Below, piece after piece: positions 25,790-35,069 of a DNA stretch of 64,000 nt. Positions within the stretch are counted from its first letter, which is position 1. Each line of letters starts with the position of its first letter. The DNA is from a virus (taxonomy: Duplodnaviria > Heunggongvirae > Uroviricota > Caudoviricetes), in the IMG/VR virus record IMGVR_UViG_3300021256_000061; one strand, 5' to 3'. The translations under genes and the position numbers were made by a program. The notes under the pieces were generated by a model. The model was not told the origin of the DNA and did not search any database. It was given only the letters and a program-made list of their open reading frames with translations.

Positions 25790-27037
25790 TTATAAAAACC
25801 TATGAGTTTCAATTTCTTGCTTCATCCTATCACTACTTTTTAGTGCCTTGTTTCCAAGTCTGTCATCCATAGTTGGATAGTCCGCAAGCGTAAATTCGGG
25901 AGTACGGCTCCCTATTATTCTTAAACCCTCTTCAAGTATATTCAACGCAGCATTGTAATCTCGTTCAATAATTTCTCCACAAACAGGACAAACCCATTGT
26001 CTGTCACTTAATTTAAGTTCCTTATTGATATAACCACAATTATGACATGTCTTACTTGAAGGATAGAATCTGTCAACATAAACTATATCCCTGCCATACC
26101 ACAATGCTTTATATTCAAGCATCCTTCTGAATTCTCCGAAGTTCATTTCAGATATGGATTCAGCAAGCTTATGATTCTTAACCATTCCCTTCACATTCAA
26201 ATCTTCCATCACTATGACTTGGTTATCATCAAGCAATGTGTTTGATACTTCGTGAAGATAGTTAAGTTTCTGGTTTCTTATCTTTTCATTCAACTTAGCA
26301 AGTTTGATTCTTGCTTTATTTCTATTGTTGCTTCCTTTCTGTTTTCTTGAAAGTTGTCTTTGTAATTTCTTTAGCCTATTCACTTCAGATTTCTTAAAGT
26401 GAAGATTACTGAAGCATTCACCTTCTGATGTTACAACAAAATCCTTAATGCCTAAATCAATTCCAACAGCACTATTTGTTGCTTTTAATTTCTTCCTGAA
26501 ATCACCATCAACAAGAATTGAAAGGTAATATTGTCCAGAACAGTTTCGTGATAGTGTGGCTGAACGGATTCCGTCTTTATTCTTCACAAGATAATTCACA
26601 TATTCATCGGAGCATTTAAACTTAATGTTGTGGATGTTGGCGAGTGATAATTTATGTGTTGAATAATCATTCCTTTTTGATATCGCTTCCAAAGGAAACC
26701 TGCATGATTGTTTATTGTCATGTTTAGATTTATACTTCGGAAATCCTTTATGCTCATTAAAGAAATGAGAATAAGCATCCAATAAATCACGAATAGATTG
26801 TTTCAATACTTTAGTATTCTGTTCCTGCAACCACGAATATTTCTCATCTTTTGTAAGTTCATTATGAAAGAAATGCCCAAGAGTTGTCAGGTTTTCGGAA
26901 GTTTCGTTTTCTTTATATGTGTTTATTTTCTTTTCAAGACATTGATTATAGACAAACCTATAACACCCAAGCAATTTATTAATTTGTATTGCTTGAGTCT
27001 TATTTGGATATAATCTTATTTTCAATGCCTTTAACAT
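25790..27037 (-). CDS. tnpB: TnpB (IS200/IS605/IS607 OrfB family RNA-guided nuclease), 415 aa
   Basis: N-terminal RLYPNKTQ...FVYNQ; RuvC-I GIDLG, RuvC-II VMEDLN, zinc finger CHNCG...CPVCG, Ruv[13 protein letters not shown]; all catalytic residues present. Confidence 0.85.
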   Translation of the reverse strand: MLKALKIRLYPNKTQAIQINKLLGCYRFVYNQCLEKKINTYKENETSENLTTLGHFFHNELTKDEKYSWLQEQNTKVLKQSIRDLLDAYSHFFNEHKGFPKYKSKHDNKQSCRFPLEAISKRNDYSTHKLSLANIHNIKFKCSDEYVNYLVKNKDGIRSATLSRNCSGQYYLSILVDGDFRKKLKATNSAVGIDLGIKDFVVTSEGECFSNLHFKKSEVNRLKKLQRQLSRKQKGSNNRNKARIKLAKLNEKIRNQKLNYLHEVSNTLLDDNQVIVMEDLNVKGMVKNHKLAESISEMNFGEFRRMLEYKALWYGRDIVYVDRFYPSSKTCHNCGYINKELKLSDRQWVCPVCGEIIERDYNAALNILEEGLRIIGSRTPEFTLADYPTMDDRLGNKALKSSDRMKQEIETHRFL

Positions 27038-27402
27038 TTTGCATTTTCTTCATGTAATTTTAGAAGTCTTTCTCCGATTACTTCCCTTATTTTAAGAATC
27101 TCATTAGCACAATCATCCTGTAGTTCATCAGCAATATATTGCGCTGAGCACAAATGTTCATACAACGAACCATATGTTGAAGGCTTTGTTTCATTTTTAA
27201 TGAACGCATCAAGCATTTTCTTTGTATACCTTCTGTGTCCTCCAGCGGTTCTAAGAGGTTTTAATTTCCCTTCCTTATCCCATAATCTAAGGGTATCATC
27301 AGAAACATAAAGGTATTTAGCGGCTTGTTTTATTCCAAGCATTGTTTCTTCACTATTCATTTCTCTGAGTTTCTTTGTCACTGTATTTATTTTCGTTTTC
27401 AT
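27031..27402 (-). CDS. IS607-type TnpA N-terminal MerR-like HTH domain only (123 aa; no serine-recombinase catalytic domain)
   Basis: [22 protein letters not shown] resembles (from memory) the N-terminal signature of IS607-type TnpA; no YxRVSS catalytic motif in the remaining 55 aa. Confidence 0.55.
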   Translation of the reverse strand: MKTKINTVTKKLREMNSEETMLGIKQAAKYLYVSDDTLRLWDKEGKLKPLRTAGGHRRYTKKMLDAFIKNETKPSTYGSLYEHLCSAQYIADELQDDCANEILKIREVIGERLLKLHEENAKC

Positions 27403-27592
27403 ATATAAATAGTTTAAACAATGTAAAAATACGAAAAAACTTTCAGAAAAAGAAATAATTTTTCGTATTTTTTAATAAAATTTCACTTAACAGTTAAGTA
27501 CCCCAATTAAATGAGTATTTTATGTTTTTATCATGTGGCAAATATACAAATGTTTTTAATAGAATAAAACTATTTATTTTTATAAAATAACC

Positions 27593-28501
27593 ATGAAATT
27601 TTATTTAAGCAAGCCAGGAGAGGTATATGAAGCATCGCCTTTTTCGGTTTCTGTCGGGAACGTGCATTGTTTTTACACTACGACGGATTCATTTCCTATT
27701 GTTATTACTTTAGGAAACAGGGTTTGTTTTGGTGTTCCTGGCACCGAGCATCATGATTTATTGACACATATTGGTGAAACCCAAACAAAAGCCGAAGGGC
27801 GTTTTTGGAAAGGTCAAAATGTTTTGACTTTTTGGGATGAAAATGTTGATATAACCAAGGAAAACGTAAAATTGGTCGTTGATGCACTTCGTAAAAGGAT
27901 TGGTATAAATCCAAATGTTATTCGTCTGTTTCTTGATTGCGGTTTTGACGAAAACGAAAACGGTGAGCGAACGACCAATCTTATTGCAGAAATGACCCCT
28001 GAAGAATATTTGTCATTAAATATTTATGGTGAGAACACCAAATATTTTTGGGATTTATATAAAAAGAAAAATAAGCTTTCGGATGAAAACGGGGCTAATG
28101 TCGCTTCGAATGGTATGAGTACCAAAGACATCTGGAGACATTATCAAAATATGGATGAAAGTATGAAAAATACAATTAGACTTAACGAATCTCAGCTAAG
28201 GTGCATTGTGGCTGAGTCAGTAAGGCGAGCATTAAAAGAAGATGTTGATGATTTGATGGGGATGTATGATGGCGAGGACGGACCAACAAATGAGCCTGAT
28301 TACTATGAAGACGACTACTTGGAAGATATCATGGTGTATGATTTAATTGCCAAATTGGGATTATCTGAGGACAAGAAACATGAACTTTTGTCTGCAACAT
28401 TGTATAATGGTAATGATGAACCAATTGGAAAATTAAATGATTTGCACGTAAAGTACGACCCGAGGGACGGTCGTAACGGCGGTCTCGTTGGCACTTTCTA
28501 A
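27593..28501 (+). CDS. motif-family protein (302 aa)
   Basis: Internal IRLNESQLRCIVAESVRRALKED motif; AACTATTTATT 15 nt upstream. Confidence 0.5.
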   Translation: MKFYLSKPGEVYEASPFSVSVGNVHCFYTTTDSFPIVITLGNRVCFGVPGTEHHDLLTHIGETQTKAEGRFWKGQNVLTFWDENVDITKENVKLVVDALRKRIGINPNVIRLFLDCGFDENENGERTTNLIAEMTPEEYLSLNIYGENTKYFWDLYKKKNKLSDENGANVASNGMSTKDIWRHYQNMDESMKNTIRLNESQLRCIVAESVRRALKEDVDDLMGMYDGEDGPTNEPDYYEDDYLEDIMVYDLIAKLGLSEDKKHELLSATLYNGNDEPIGKLNDLHVKYDPRDGRNGGLVGTF

Positions 28502-28505
28502 TTAA

Positions 28506-29043
28506 ATGCCGCGTAAAGTTATCATAACAGAGTCTCAATTGAACGCCATTGTATCCACCAATATGTTCAACATTAAAGGTGTATACCATGTATCAGATGC
28601 TGTTTTTGACCATTTTGAAAAAAAAGAATTTTGATTATTTTTTCTTTTCCGATAGGCCAATTGATATTAACGGTAGCAAGGTTGTATACACTTGTAACCT
28701 TTCCATGCACAAACCGTTTATTTTTACCGAAGGAACCTCTTGGTCATATCCTCTTTGGCTATTCTTATCCAATAAAGAGGGCTATTTAATTCCTGAAGAG
28801 GATTTTACCCCTGAAAAGTACGACGGCTACTTGGGATGCCCATATGAGTTCTGGAAGAAGGTTTATTATGACCAGGATGAATATAGCATGGATGAAATAC
28901 CGAGGCTGGTTCAAGAACTCAACATGGGATACGATGGTGTTATTATAAAAGGAATACAGGAGGGTGACACTGGATTGATGGTTAATGATTATATTGTATT
29001 TTCACCAGAGCAAGTTCAAATTGTTAGAAAAACAGTTCGATAA
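28506..29043 (+). pseudogene. frameshifted paralog of the C-terminal half of 20203..21321 (break at A8 tract 28618-28625)
   Basis: Frame-0 ORF 28506-28634 (MPRKVIITESQLNAIVSTNMFNIKGVYHVSDAVFDHFEKKEF*) and frame+1 ORF to 29043 (..KNFDYFFFSDRPIDINGSK...) together align colinearly with ...GVYHVSGNAFDEFKEGNFPCFFFSNKPIRINGSK... of the 20.2-kb gene. Confidence 0.55.
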
Positions 29044-29090
29044 TAGCGATATTTTGCTCTAAACAAACTATTTATTAAAAAATTACAGAA

Positions 29091-29837
29091 ATGACTAAGA
29101 ACCAAATACATTTAAGTGAAGAGCAATTAAAAAATATTATTGCTGAAAATGTTAGAAAAACATTGTCGGAAGATTTTGGGGCTGGTATGAGAGCCGTTGG
29201 AAGTCGTCTTAAGAATGACGTTGGCGGTATCTTTGGCAAGCCCTCGTTTGGCCGCGAATATTATGGCGGTTCTTACAAAAACACATTCAAGGACGCTTCT
29301 ATGGAATCTGATTATTGGAAACTGGGAAAAGAACTGGAAAGTGGAGTCGTTAAAGATAATCCTATTGTTATATTAGATAAGGTTAAGAAGTTCGGTGAAT
29401 ACGGAGTTATTTCACAGGAGAGCTGCAAAAAGGTTCTTGGCCTTATTAAGAGAGGAAATTATCAAGAAGCTGGGCATGAGCTTTGCTATGGTACAATGAG
29501 CTTTGGTGCTGGCGAAGATGAAATTGGGCCGACCGACTACGAAAAGAGACATGGTATTCGTCAACTTGAGGAGTCCAGGATAAAGGAGATTGTTGCTGAG
29601 AGCGTGAAGAAGGTGTTGAAGGAGGGCTATAATCAGCAGATTGTAGATGATGCAATACAAGCAATACTCTCAATACGCAAGAAGGTATCTGATGCCGCAA
29701 CACAAGTCGTTTTTAATCCAGGGCAAGGAAACGATGAGGTTTCTAAACTAATAAAACAAATCAGTACGCTTATGTACCGACTTGATAGAACCGTCAATGT
29801 AGATTACTACGATAGTTTCTATTCGGGACAGGATTAA
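29091..29837 (+). CDS. motif-family protein (248 aa) with two motif copies
   Basis: IHLSEEQLKNIIAENVRKTLSED and RIKEIVAESVKKVLKEGY. Confidence 0.5.
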   Translation: MTKNQIHLSEEQLKNIIAENVRKTLSEDFGAGMRAVGSRLKNDVGGIFGKPSFGREYYGGSYKNTFKDASMESDYWKLGKELESGVVKDNPIVILDKVKKFGEYGVISQESCKKVLGLIKRGNYQEAGHELCYGTMSFGAGEDEIGPTDYEKRHGIRQLEESRIKEIVAESVKKVLKEGYNQQIVDDAIQAILSIRKKVSDAATQVVFNPGQGNDEVSKLIKQISTLMYRLDRTVNVDYYDSFYSGQD

Positions 29838-29918
29838 GCCACCATCTTCACATCCTCATAGGGACACTTGCCGATAGACTTCTCAAACATAATAGAGAGC
29901 CTATCGGCTTCTTTCAAA

Positions 29919-29944
29919 AAGTCCAGTGTAAAAAACGCTGGACT
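29919..29944. terminator. hairpin aagtccag-N10-ctggactt (weak terminator candidate)
   Basis: 8-bp perfect stem; only short T runs on either side. Confidence 0.35.
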
Positions 29945-30016
29945 TCAATATTTTACAAGATTATTGATGCAAACAGGTAAATCATTCCCATAATTTTTAT
30001 TTAAAGCCCCGCGCCG

Positions 30017-30355
30017 TTAGGCCGAGGCTTTTGCCTTCTTCTTGAGTTCTATGCGTTGTCTGATTTCTTCTTTTTTTGCGGCTTTTATCCTATTCTTCTC
30101 TTCTTTTTTCCATTTTTTCACAATAGAATGTCCGTCAGGCCACATGTCAACAAACTTGCCTGGATACTCTACATTGTGCTCTTTGCACCATTTTAAATCA
30201 TCTACATAATTCTCCTCCTGCATCAACATGAAGGGCAGGCATACCAGAAGGATTGGAAGCCATATCGGAAAAGTTAATTTGGTTAAGACGTCCAAAATGT
30301 CGTCTTTATTCTTTTCCCAAAAATAAATGAGGTTTACTTTAAAATCTTCAAACAT
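30017..30355 (-). CDS. single-pass membrane protein with Lys-rich C-terminus (112 aa)
   Basis: Hydrophobic segment LTFPIWLPILLVCLPFMLM. Confidence 0.45.
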   Translation of the reverse strand: MFEDFKVNLIYFWEKNKDDILDVLTKLTFPIWLPILLVCLPFMLMQEENYVDDLKWCKEHNVEYPGKFVDMWPDGHSIVKKWKKEEKNRIKAAKKEEIRQRIELKKKAKASA

Positions 30356-30436
30356 ATTGTCTAGTATTAAGTTTGGGGCAAAAATAAGAAATTATTTTTA
30401 AACGTCAAAACTATTTATTATAAAATTCCAAAAAGC

Positions 30437-30976
30437 ATGAAAATAGTATTCAGAACATATACAAAGAAAGATGGCACCCCCGATTATGGGTATTGGGCAG
30501 TACTGCAGTATCTTGAAGGGTTGAAGGAGAAGGATATTATCGTGAGGATTGATATTGATAAGAAAAATCAGCTTGGATATGATGAAGTAGATGTATTTTG
30601 TCCAAGTCTTAAAATATCCCATCTTGAACTAAAACAAATTGAAGACAGTAAGTTTGAGGCATCTTTTGACACGAAGAACCTTAGAGCGGTTTTTCAGGTA
30701 CTTCTCTATATGGGAAAGGCGGGAAACGGCGGGCATAGTTATGAACTGCTCATAGGTAACAAATCATTTTACATTGATGGTGACGGCGCTGACTACCTTG
30801 AGTCTATCAATGGGACAGCCATCCACAAGATAAAGGAAGATAATCGATACGGATGGTCTGACATTTACAATAAAGATGTTAAAGAAGAGAGTTCAGGAGA
30901 AAACGTACAAATTACCGAGAGTGAAATACGAAACTTGGTTTGTGAATGTGTGAGACAAATATTGAAGAAGATTTAA
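30437..30976 (+). CDS. motif-family protein (179 aa), motif at the C-terminus
   Basis: ITESEIRNLVCECVRQILKKI at the C-terminus. Confidence 0.5.
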   Translation: MKIVFRTYTKKDGTPDYGYWAVLQYLEGLKEKDIIVRIDIDKKNQLGYDEVDVFCPSLKISHLELKQIEDSKFEASFDTKNLRAVFQVLLYMGKAGNGGHSYELLIGNKSFYIDGDGADYLESINGTAIHKIKEDNRYGWSDIYNKDVKEESSGENVQITESEIRNLVCECVRQILKKI

Positions 30977-30984
30977 AAAAAAAA

Positions 30985-31013
30985 CGCACCCGTTATGGGG
31001 TGCGTTTTTTTTT
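30985..31013. terminator. bidirectional rho-independent terminator
   Basis: A10 - cgcaccc gttat ggggtgcg - T9. Confidence 0.7.
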
Positions 31014-31437
31014 ATCGATTAAACTTTATGGGCTCCAAATTGCCAATTTTCTCTGAATACCAGGGGCTTGACCATTTATACTTTGAGAGCCCTTTGTGTC
31101 TGGCAATGTGTTCGTTAATCTCTATGATTTTTTGGGACAGAGCATTCATGTTGCCATAGTCATTACCTTTGTATGTTTCGACGAGTGCAACAGTGTTTTC
31201 GTAGTCAGCAATGAATGCATCGAAACGAGCGTTTTTGTTGATGAGTGAAATTGCTAGTACAATTTCTATAAGTACTGCTAAGACACCAAAAAAGGCATAG
31301 AAAGAAGCGGAGTCACTATAGGTGTACTTGTCAACGAGCCATGCGGCGAGGAAGCAAACGATTGCTATTCCTCCAAATAACAAAAACCAGTACATGTTTG
31401 AATTACTTTGAAAGCTTATCAACAAGGTCTGTGGCAA
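31012..31437 (-). CDS. two-TM membrane protein (141 aa), possible partner of the SPFH protein
   Basis: Two hydrophobic helices near the N-terminus; overlaps end of SPFH gene. Confidence 0.45.
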   Translation of the reverse strand: MPQTLLISFQSNSNMYWFLLFGGIAIVCFLAAWLVDKYTYSDSASFYAFFGVLAVLIEIVLAISLINKNARFDAFIADYENTVALVETYKGNDYGNMNALSQKIIEINEHIARHKGLSKYKWSSPWYSEKIGNLEPIKFNR

Positions 31438-32584
31438 ATTTGAGACTCATAAGGTCCATTGCGGTACCGTTATTTCCGTTCCCACCCATAACAACCTTTG
31501 GGAGTTCAAGTTTTGCGACAGCCTCCGCAACACCAACCTTTGTCTTGTATTCCCACTCAGCACGTTCCTGCGGTGTCAGACCTGCAGCAACCTTCGCTCT
31601 ATTGGCAGCGGCCTCGGCCTCGCCCTCTGCGATGATGCGCTTCTTGTCGAACTCGGCCTTTTCGGCGGCGAGACGGGCGACTTCACGATTCTGTTCTGCC
31701 TTGGTAACCTCAGTAGCCTTTACCTTTTCCTGTTCCCACTTTGCCTTTGCTGCAGCGGCCTTACCTTCGGCTTCTGCCTTAATGGCATCCTGCTGTGCGG
31801 CGAGGGCTTCGGCCTTCTTGGTCTGGATGGACATGTTTGCCTGCTGCTGTGTCTGAATCTGCTGATTAACCTTCTCGTCGTAGGTGATTTCGGTAATGGA
31901 CACCTGGTCGATGATTACACCATAAGAAGTGAATGGTGAGCGCTCTGAGCGGACAAAGCCGTTGGGGGCTTCTTCGTTCTTAACAAGTGAGGCGACCTTT
32001 ACTTTCTTGACTTCACCAGTGAATGAATCTATGGTATCTTCTTCGCGGATGGATGTCTTATATACACCGTTTGTCAACTGGTCCGTGATATAAAAGACCA
32101 TGTCGTTTTTCTTTTCGGCATAAGACTCGAAAGCCGACATAAGGGGTCCTGAAGCATAGATGACTTTAACTACGTTCTGAGCCACGAGGTCATTCATAAG
32201 CCTATCCATTCCATTGTATGCGGTCTGAATGAGCTTAAGATGTTCGACGTCGGTTGGCAGAACTACTCGGAGCGAACCATAAATGTAACCAACGGAAGCA
32301 TCGTTGAAGATGACCTTAATAGGAGTACCGTGAGATTCGCCATCAACATCCTTTCCGCCGAACCAGAACTGCTGGGTTTTGTAGTACTTGGTTGTGCGTC
32401 CGAACCACTGCCACTTGAGGCCAGGCTCGGTCCAGTAAGACATGTGACCTGTGATAGGGTACTGGTTGACGACAATCTGTTCGTTCTTTACATCTTCGGC
32501 TACGCTGCCCATAAGGCAGAGGCAAATAAATGCGAAAACACCAAAGATGATAGCTGTTACTTTACCTTTTGTTAGATTAAACAT
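31403..32584 (-). CDS. SPFH/band-7 (flotillin/YqiK-like) membrane protein with Ala/Glu/Lys coiled coil (393 aa)
   Basis: N-terminal TM; globular domain followed by EALAAQQDAIKAEAEGKAAAAKAKWEQEK...AEGEAEAAANRAK coiled coil typical of flotillin-like SPFH proteins. Confidence 0.55.
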   Translation of the reverse strand: MFNLTKGKVTAIIFGVFAFICLCLMGSVAEDVKNEQIVVNQYPITGHMSYWTEPGLKWQWFGRTTKYYKTQQFWFGGKDVDGESHGTPIKVIFNDASVGYIYGSLRVVLPTDVEHLKLIQTAYNGMDRLMNDLVAQNVVKVIYASGPLMSAFESYAEKKNDMVFYITDQLTNGVYKTSIREEDTIDSFTGEVKKVKVASLVKNEEAPNGFVRSERSPFTSYGVIIDQVSITEITYDEKVNQQIQTQQQANMSIQTKKAEALAAQQDAIKAEAEGKAAAAKAKWEQEKVKATEVTKAEQNREVARLAAEKAEFDKKRIIAEGEAEAAANRAKVAAGLTPQERAEWEYKTKVGVAEAVAKLELPKVVMGGNGNNGTAMDLMSLKFATDLVDKLSK

Positions 32585-32626
32585 TGTTTTGTGTTTTTAA
32601 AAGTTAAACTTGTTTGTTTTAAATTT

Positions 32627-32854
32627 TTATTTACGTGTATTTGTCTTTCGCTTGTTATGCTGGCGTGTTTTTTTGGGCTCTGGGGCTGGCTTATCCTCGT
32701 GAATGAGGTAATAGAATGGGATGAACATCTGGGGGACCTTAACGGTGGTATTTTTGTTGGTGAATTTAATCACCCCAAAAATCTCCAGGAAACAGAAGAA
32801 GTAATAAAGGATGGTTGCCAGCAAAAGGGCGCCAATAATAAGTTTGTAAATCAT
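32627..32854 (-). CDS. small membrane protein (75 aa)
   Basis: Hydrophobic N-terminus, basic tail; ctacaaaaatcgtgcca motif upstream at 32884-32900. Confidence 0.35.
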   Translation of the reverse strand: MIYKLIIGALLLATILYYFFCFLEIFGVIKFTNKNTTVKVPQMFIPFYYLIHEDKPAPEPKKTRQHNKRKTNTRK

Positions 32855-32902
32855 AATATATTTTCGTTTGTTCTATCAGTGTTTACTACAAAAATCGTGC
32901 CA

Positions 32903-33799
32903 TTATTTCAGGGCGGCATGTTCGTGTGCAAATTTTCTCAACTTTTTCAGTGCTGTATTTCTAATTTGACGTACGCGCTCCTTGGATATATTGAGTTCAT
33001 CTCCCAATTCTTCCATGGTTAGAGGCCTATCCATTTTCACACCGTATAACCCAGTGATGATTGTTTTTTCGCGCTCATCCAGACAGGGGAGTAGTTTGCT
33101 GAGCATGAAGTTATTTTCTTCTTCGTCAATAACTTTGTTATATTCATTGTAACTTGCAGACTTTTCGTTGTAAGCGGCTGAATTTCCGTATGTTTCTTTG
33201 GAATCATCTCCCGCGGGACTTTCTAGATGCTTGGTATCAACATCGTAGAGGTATGATAGGTCCTTTACCTCGATGCCGTATTCTTCTTTTATAATATCAG
33301 CAATCTCCTCTACTGTGGGTACTCTTCCATTCTGGAGATAAAATCTGTTTTTGATGTGATTAGTTTTAAGGGTTGTCTTTATATTATTGGTACGCCTTAT
33401 TAATCCGTTATTAAGGAGATAAAACGCAATTTCGCGCCTGATATAATGCACGGCGTAGGACAGAAACCTCAATGGTTTTCCATCTTCCCCAGTTCTATAA
33501 CAGTCAAATTTTTCAATTGCCTGCATGAGCCCGAGGTTACCAATTTGAATCAAGTCTTGAAGATTGTCTGACGTGTTAAATCTTTTAGCAACGGCCAAGA
33601 CAAACCTTAGATTTGATTTAATTAGTGTTTCTTTTGCTTCTTCGTCGCCTTCTTTTATGCGTTTACATAGTTCATGCTCTTCTTCGGCGCTAAGGATGTC
33701 ATATTTCCTTATATCCTTAAGATACAAATTTAGTGTCCCAGTATTTTCAGAAAAATAACTGGTTGGATTGGTTACGTCAATAATAGTCTTATTTCCCAT
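32903..33799 (-). CDS. sigma-70-family sigma factor (298 aa, no region 1.1)
   Basis: Region 2 LIQIGNLGLMQAIEKFD / FLSYAVHYIRREI; region 4.2 LTMEELGDELNISKERVRQIRNTALKKLR. Confidence 0.8.
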   Translation of the reverse strand: MGNKTIIDVTNPTSYFSENTGTLNLYLKDIRKYDILSAEEEHELCKRIKEGDEEAKETLIKSNLRFVLAVAKRFNTSDNLQDLIQIGNLGLMQAIEKFDCYRTGEDGKPLRFLSYAVHYIRREIAFYLLNNGLIRRTNNIKTTLKTNHIKNRFYLQNGRVPTVEEIADIIKEEYGIEVKDLSYLYDVDTKHLESPAGDDSKETYGNSAAYNEKSASYNEYNKVIDEEENNFMLSKLLPCLDEREKTIITGLYGVKMDRPLTMEELGDELNISKERVRQIRNTALKKLRKFAHEHAALK

Positions 33800-33849
33800 A
33801 TACTATGGTCCTGGATTAAAATTGAGTTAAGCTGAAAATCAAGATTATG

Positions 33850-34362
33850 TTAGTCGATTTTGGTCCACTCTTTAAGGGTGTCCTTACATTTATATGTTCC
33901 TGGAGAAATTCCACCCTTGTCACTGTAATATAGTACGAGGCTTATGATATACTCCATATTGTCCACTAGGGTATTATAAAGTCCCCACATGTATTCTTCA
34001 AGCTCCTTGGGGTATTCTCTTCCCTGAGGGCTTTCCTCGGTACCCTTAATATAATCCTCGTAACGACCAATAATAAGAGCAATGTCTTCCATAACGTATG
34101 TTCCCCCAAACAATGCCCACTGGTTGATACCCCACGCATAGCAATCTTTCTGGTAAGAAACAATATTTAGTTTTTCTTCTGCGCGAACCAAAGCGTCCCT
34201 AACCTTACCGAACTTCTTTTGTGCTTCGGGGTCGCTTTCAATTTCTACTATGGCATCATGAATTTTTGATGTGGAGAAGAGTTCCCCATTCTCGAATGCC
34301 TCAAATTTAATATTCTTGATAAGTTTTACCAAGTCTTCCGTGAGTGTGAGTTTTTTAATCAT
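33850..34362 (-). CDS. hypothetical protein (170 aa)
   Basis: ORF. Confidence 0.5.
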   Translation of the reverse strand: MIKKLTLTEDLVKLIKNIKFEAFENGELFSTSKIHDAIVEIESDPEAQKKFGKVRDALVRAEEKLNIVSYQKDCYAWGINQWALFGGTYVMEDIALIIGRYEDYIKGTEESPQGREYPKELEEYMWGLYNTLVDNMEYIISLVLYYSDKGGISPGTYKCKDTLKEWTKID

Positions 34363-34412
34363 ATTTCTGAAGTATTATTTCGTTGCAATATTAAGCATTT
34401 TTTCCAAAACAA

Positions 34413-35066
34413 TCAAATATTTTTCCTTTTTTTTGCCTGTTCTGCAGCAAGGGTTTTGATTTCTTTTAGGCTAAGTGATTGTGGCACGGGCTTAAATATT
34501 CCAAAAGTATTTTCCCAAAAGAACTTTTTCTTATTATCATTATATGAATCAGTTCCAATAGATAATACCACTTCATCCCAAGATTCTTTCTTCTCTATGT
34601 GCCAATCTTTTTGGATGTAATCGTAAACATGGATATCCTGATGTATAAAAATTGTATCAATTAAATTTAATATAGTTTCTTTGTTCCCTGCGCCGTCGTA
34701 ACTACTTGACCCAATTATTGTGGTTGCAATTTTTTTGTTTTGGAATTTTTGTGCAACCTCTTTAAGGCATTTTTCAAGAGCGCCGTAATCAAGTGTGTCT
34801 GGCGTTAAATCGGGACGGAAGCGTCCTTTTGTTATGTAACATAAAACAAATGTGGGGGTGCCTTCTATTATATTTGTTGTACCTAAACGCCTTGCGTCGC
34901 CATAGCCGCCACATGTTTTGGATACCTCATATACCTTAGGAAAATTTAGTCCCACTTTTCGTTGAAAGCCATTACCCAAATTATTCTGAATGGATGTTCC
35001 GACTAGTATTACATCGTAATCAAAAACATCCATGATTAAATCCCTGTCCTTAACAATGGTCATCAT
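34413..35066 (-). CDS. hypothetical protein (217 aa); weak macro-domain-like pattern
   Basis: DVILVGTSIQNNLGNGF ... IATTIIGSSSYDGAG loosely resembles macro-domain motifs; not reliable. Confidence 0.45.
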   Translation of the reverse strand: MMTIVKDRDLIMDVFDYDVILVGTSIQNNLGNGFQRKVGLNFPKVYEVSKTCGGYGDARRLGTTNIIEGTPTFVLCYITKGRFRPDLTPDTLDYGALEKCLKEVAQKFQNKKIATTIIGSSSYDGAGNKETILNLIDTIFIHQDIHVYDYIQKDWHIEKKESWDEVVLSIGTDSYNDNKKKFFWENTFGIFKPVPQSLSLKEIKTLAAEQAKKRKNI

Positions 35067-35069
35067 ATG

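Larger units (their letters stand above)
25750..27450 (-). mobile_element. IS607-like insertion: HTH-only tnpA remnant + intact tnpB
   Basis: Gene pair with 7-bp overlap; boundaries approximate (ends not determined). Confidence 0.55.

Noticed and set aside
31341-31856. 171-aa plus-strand Ala/Ser-rich ORF
   Set aside because: Antisense image of the Ala/Glu/Lys coiled-coil region of the SPFH gene.
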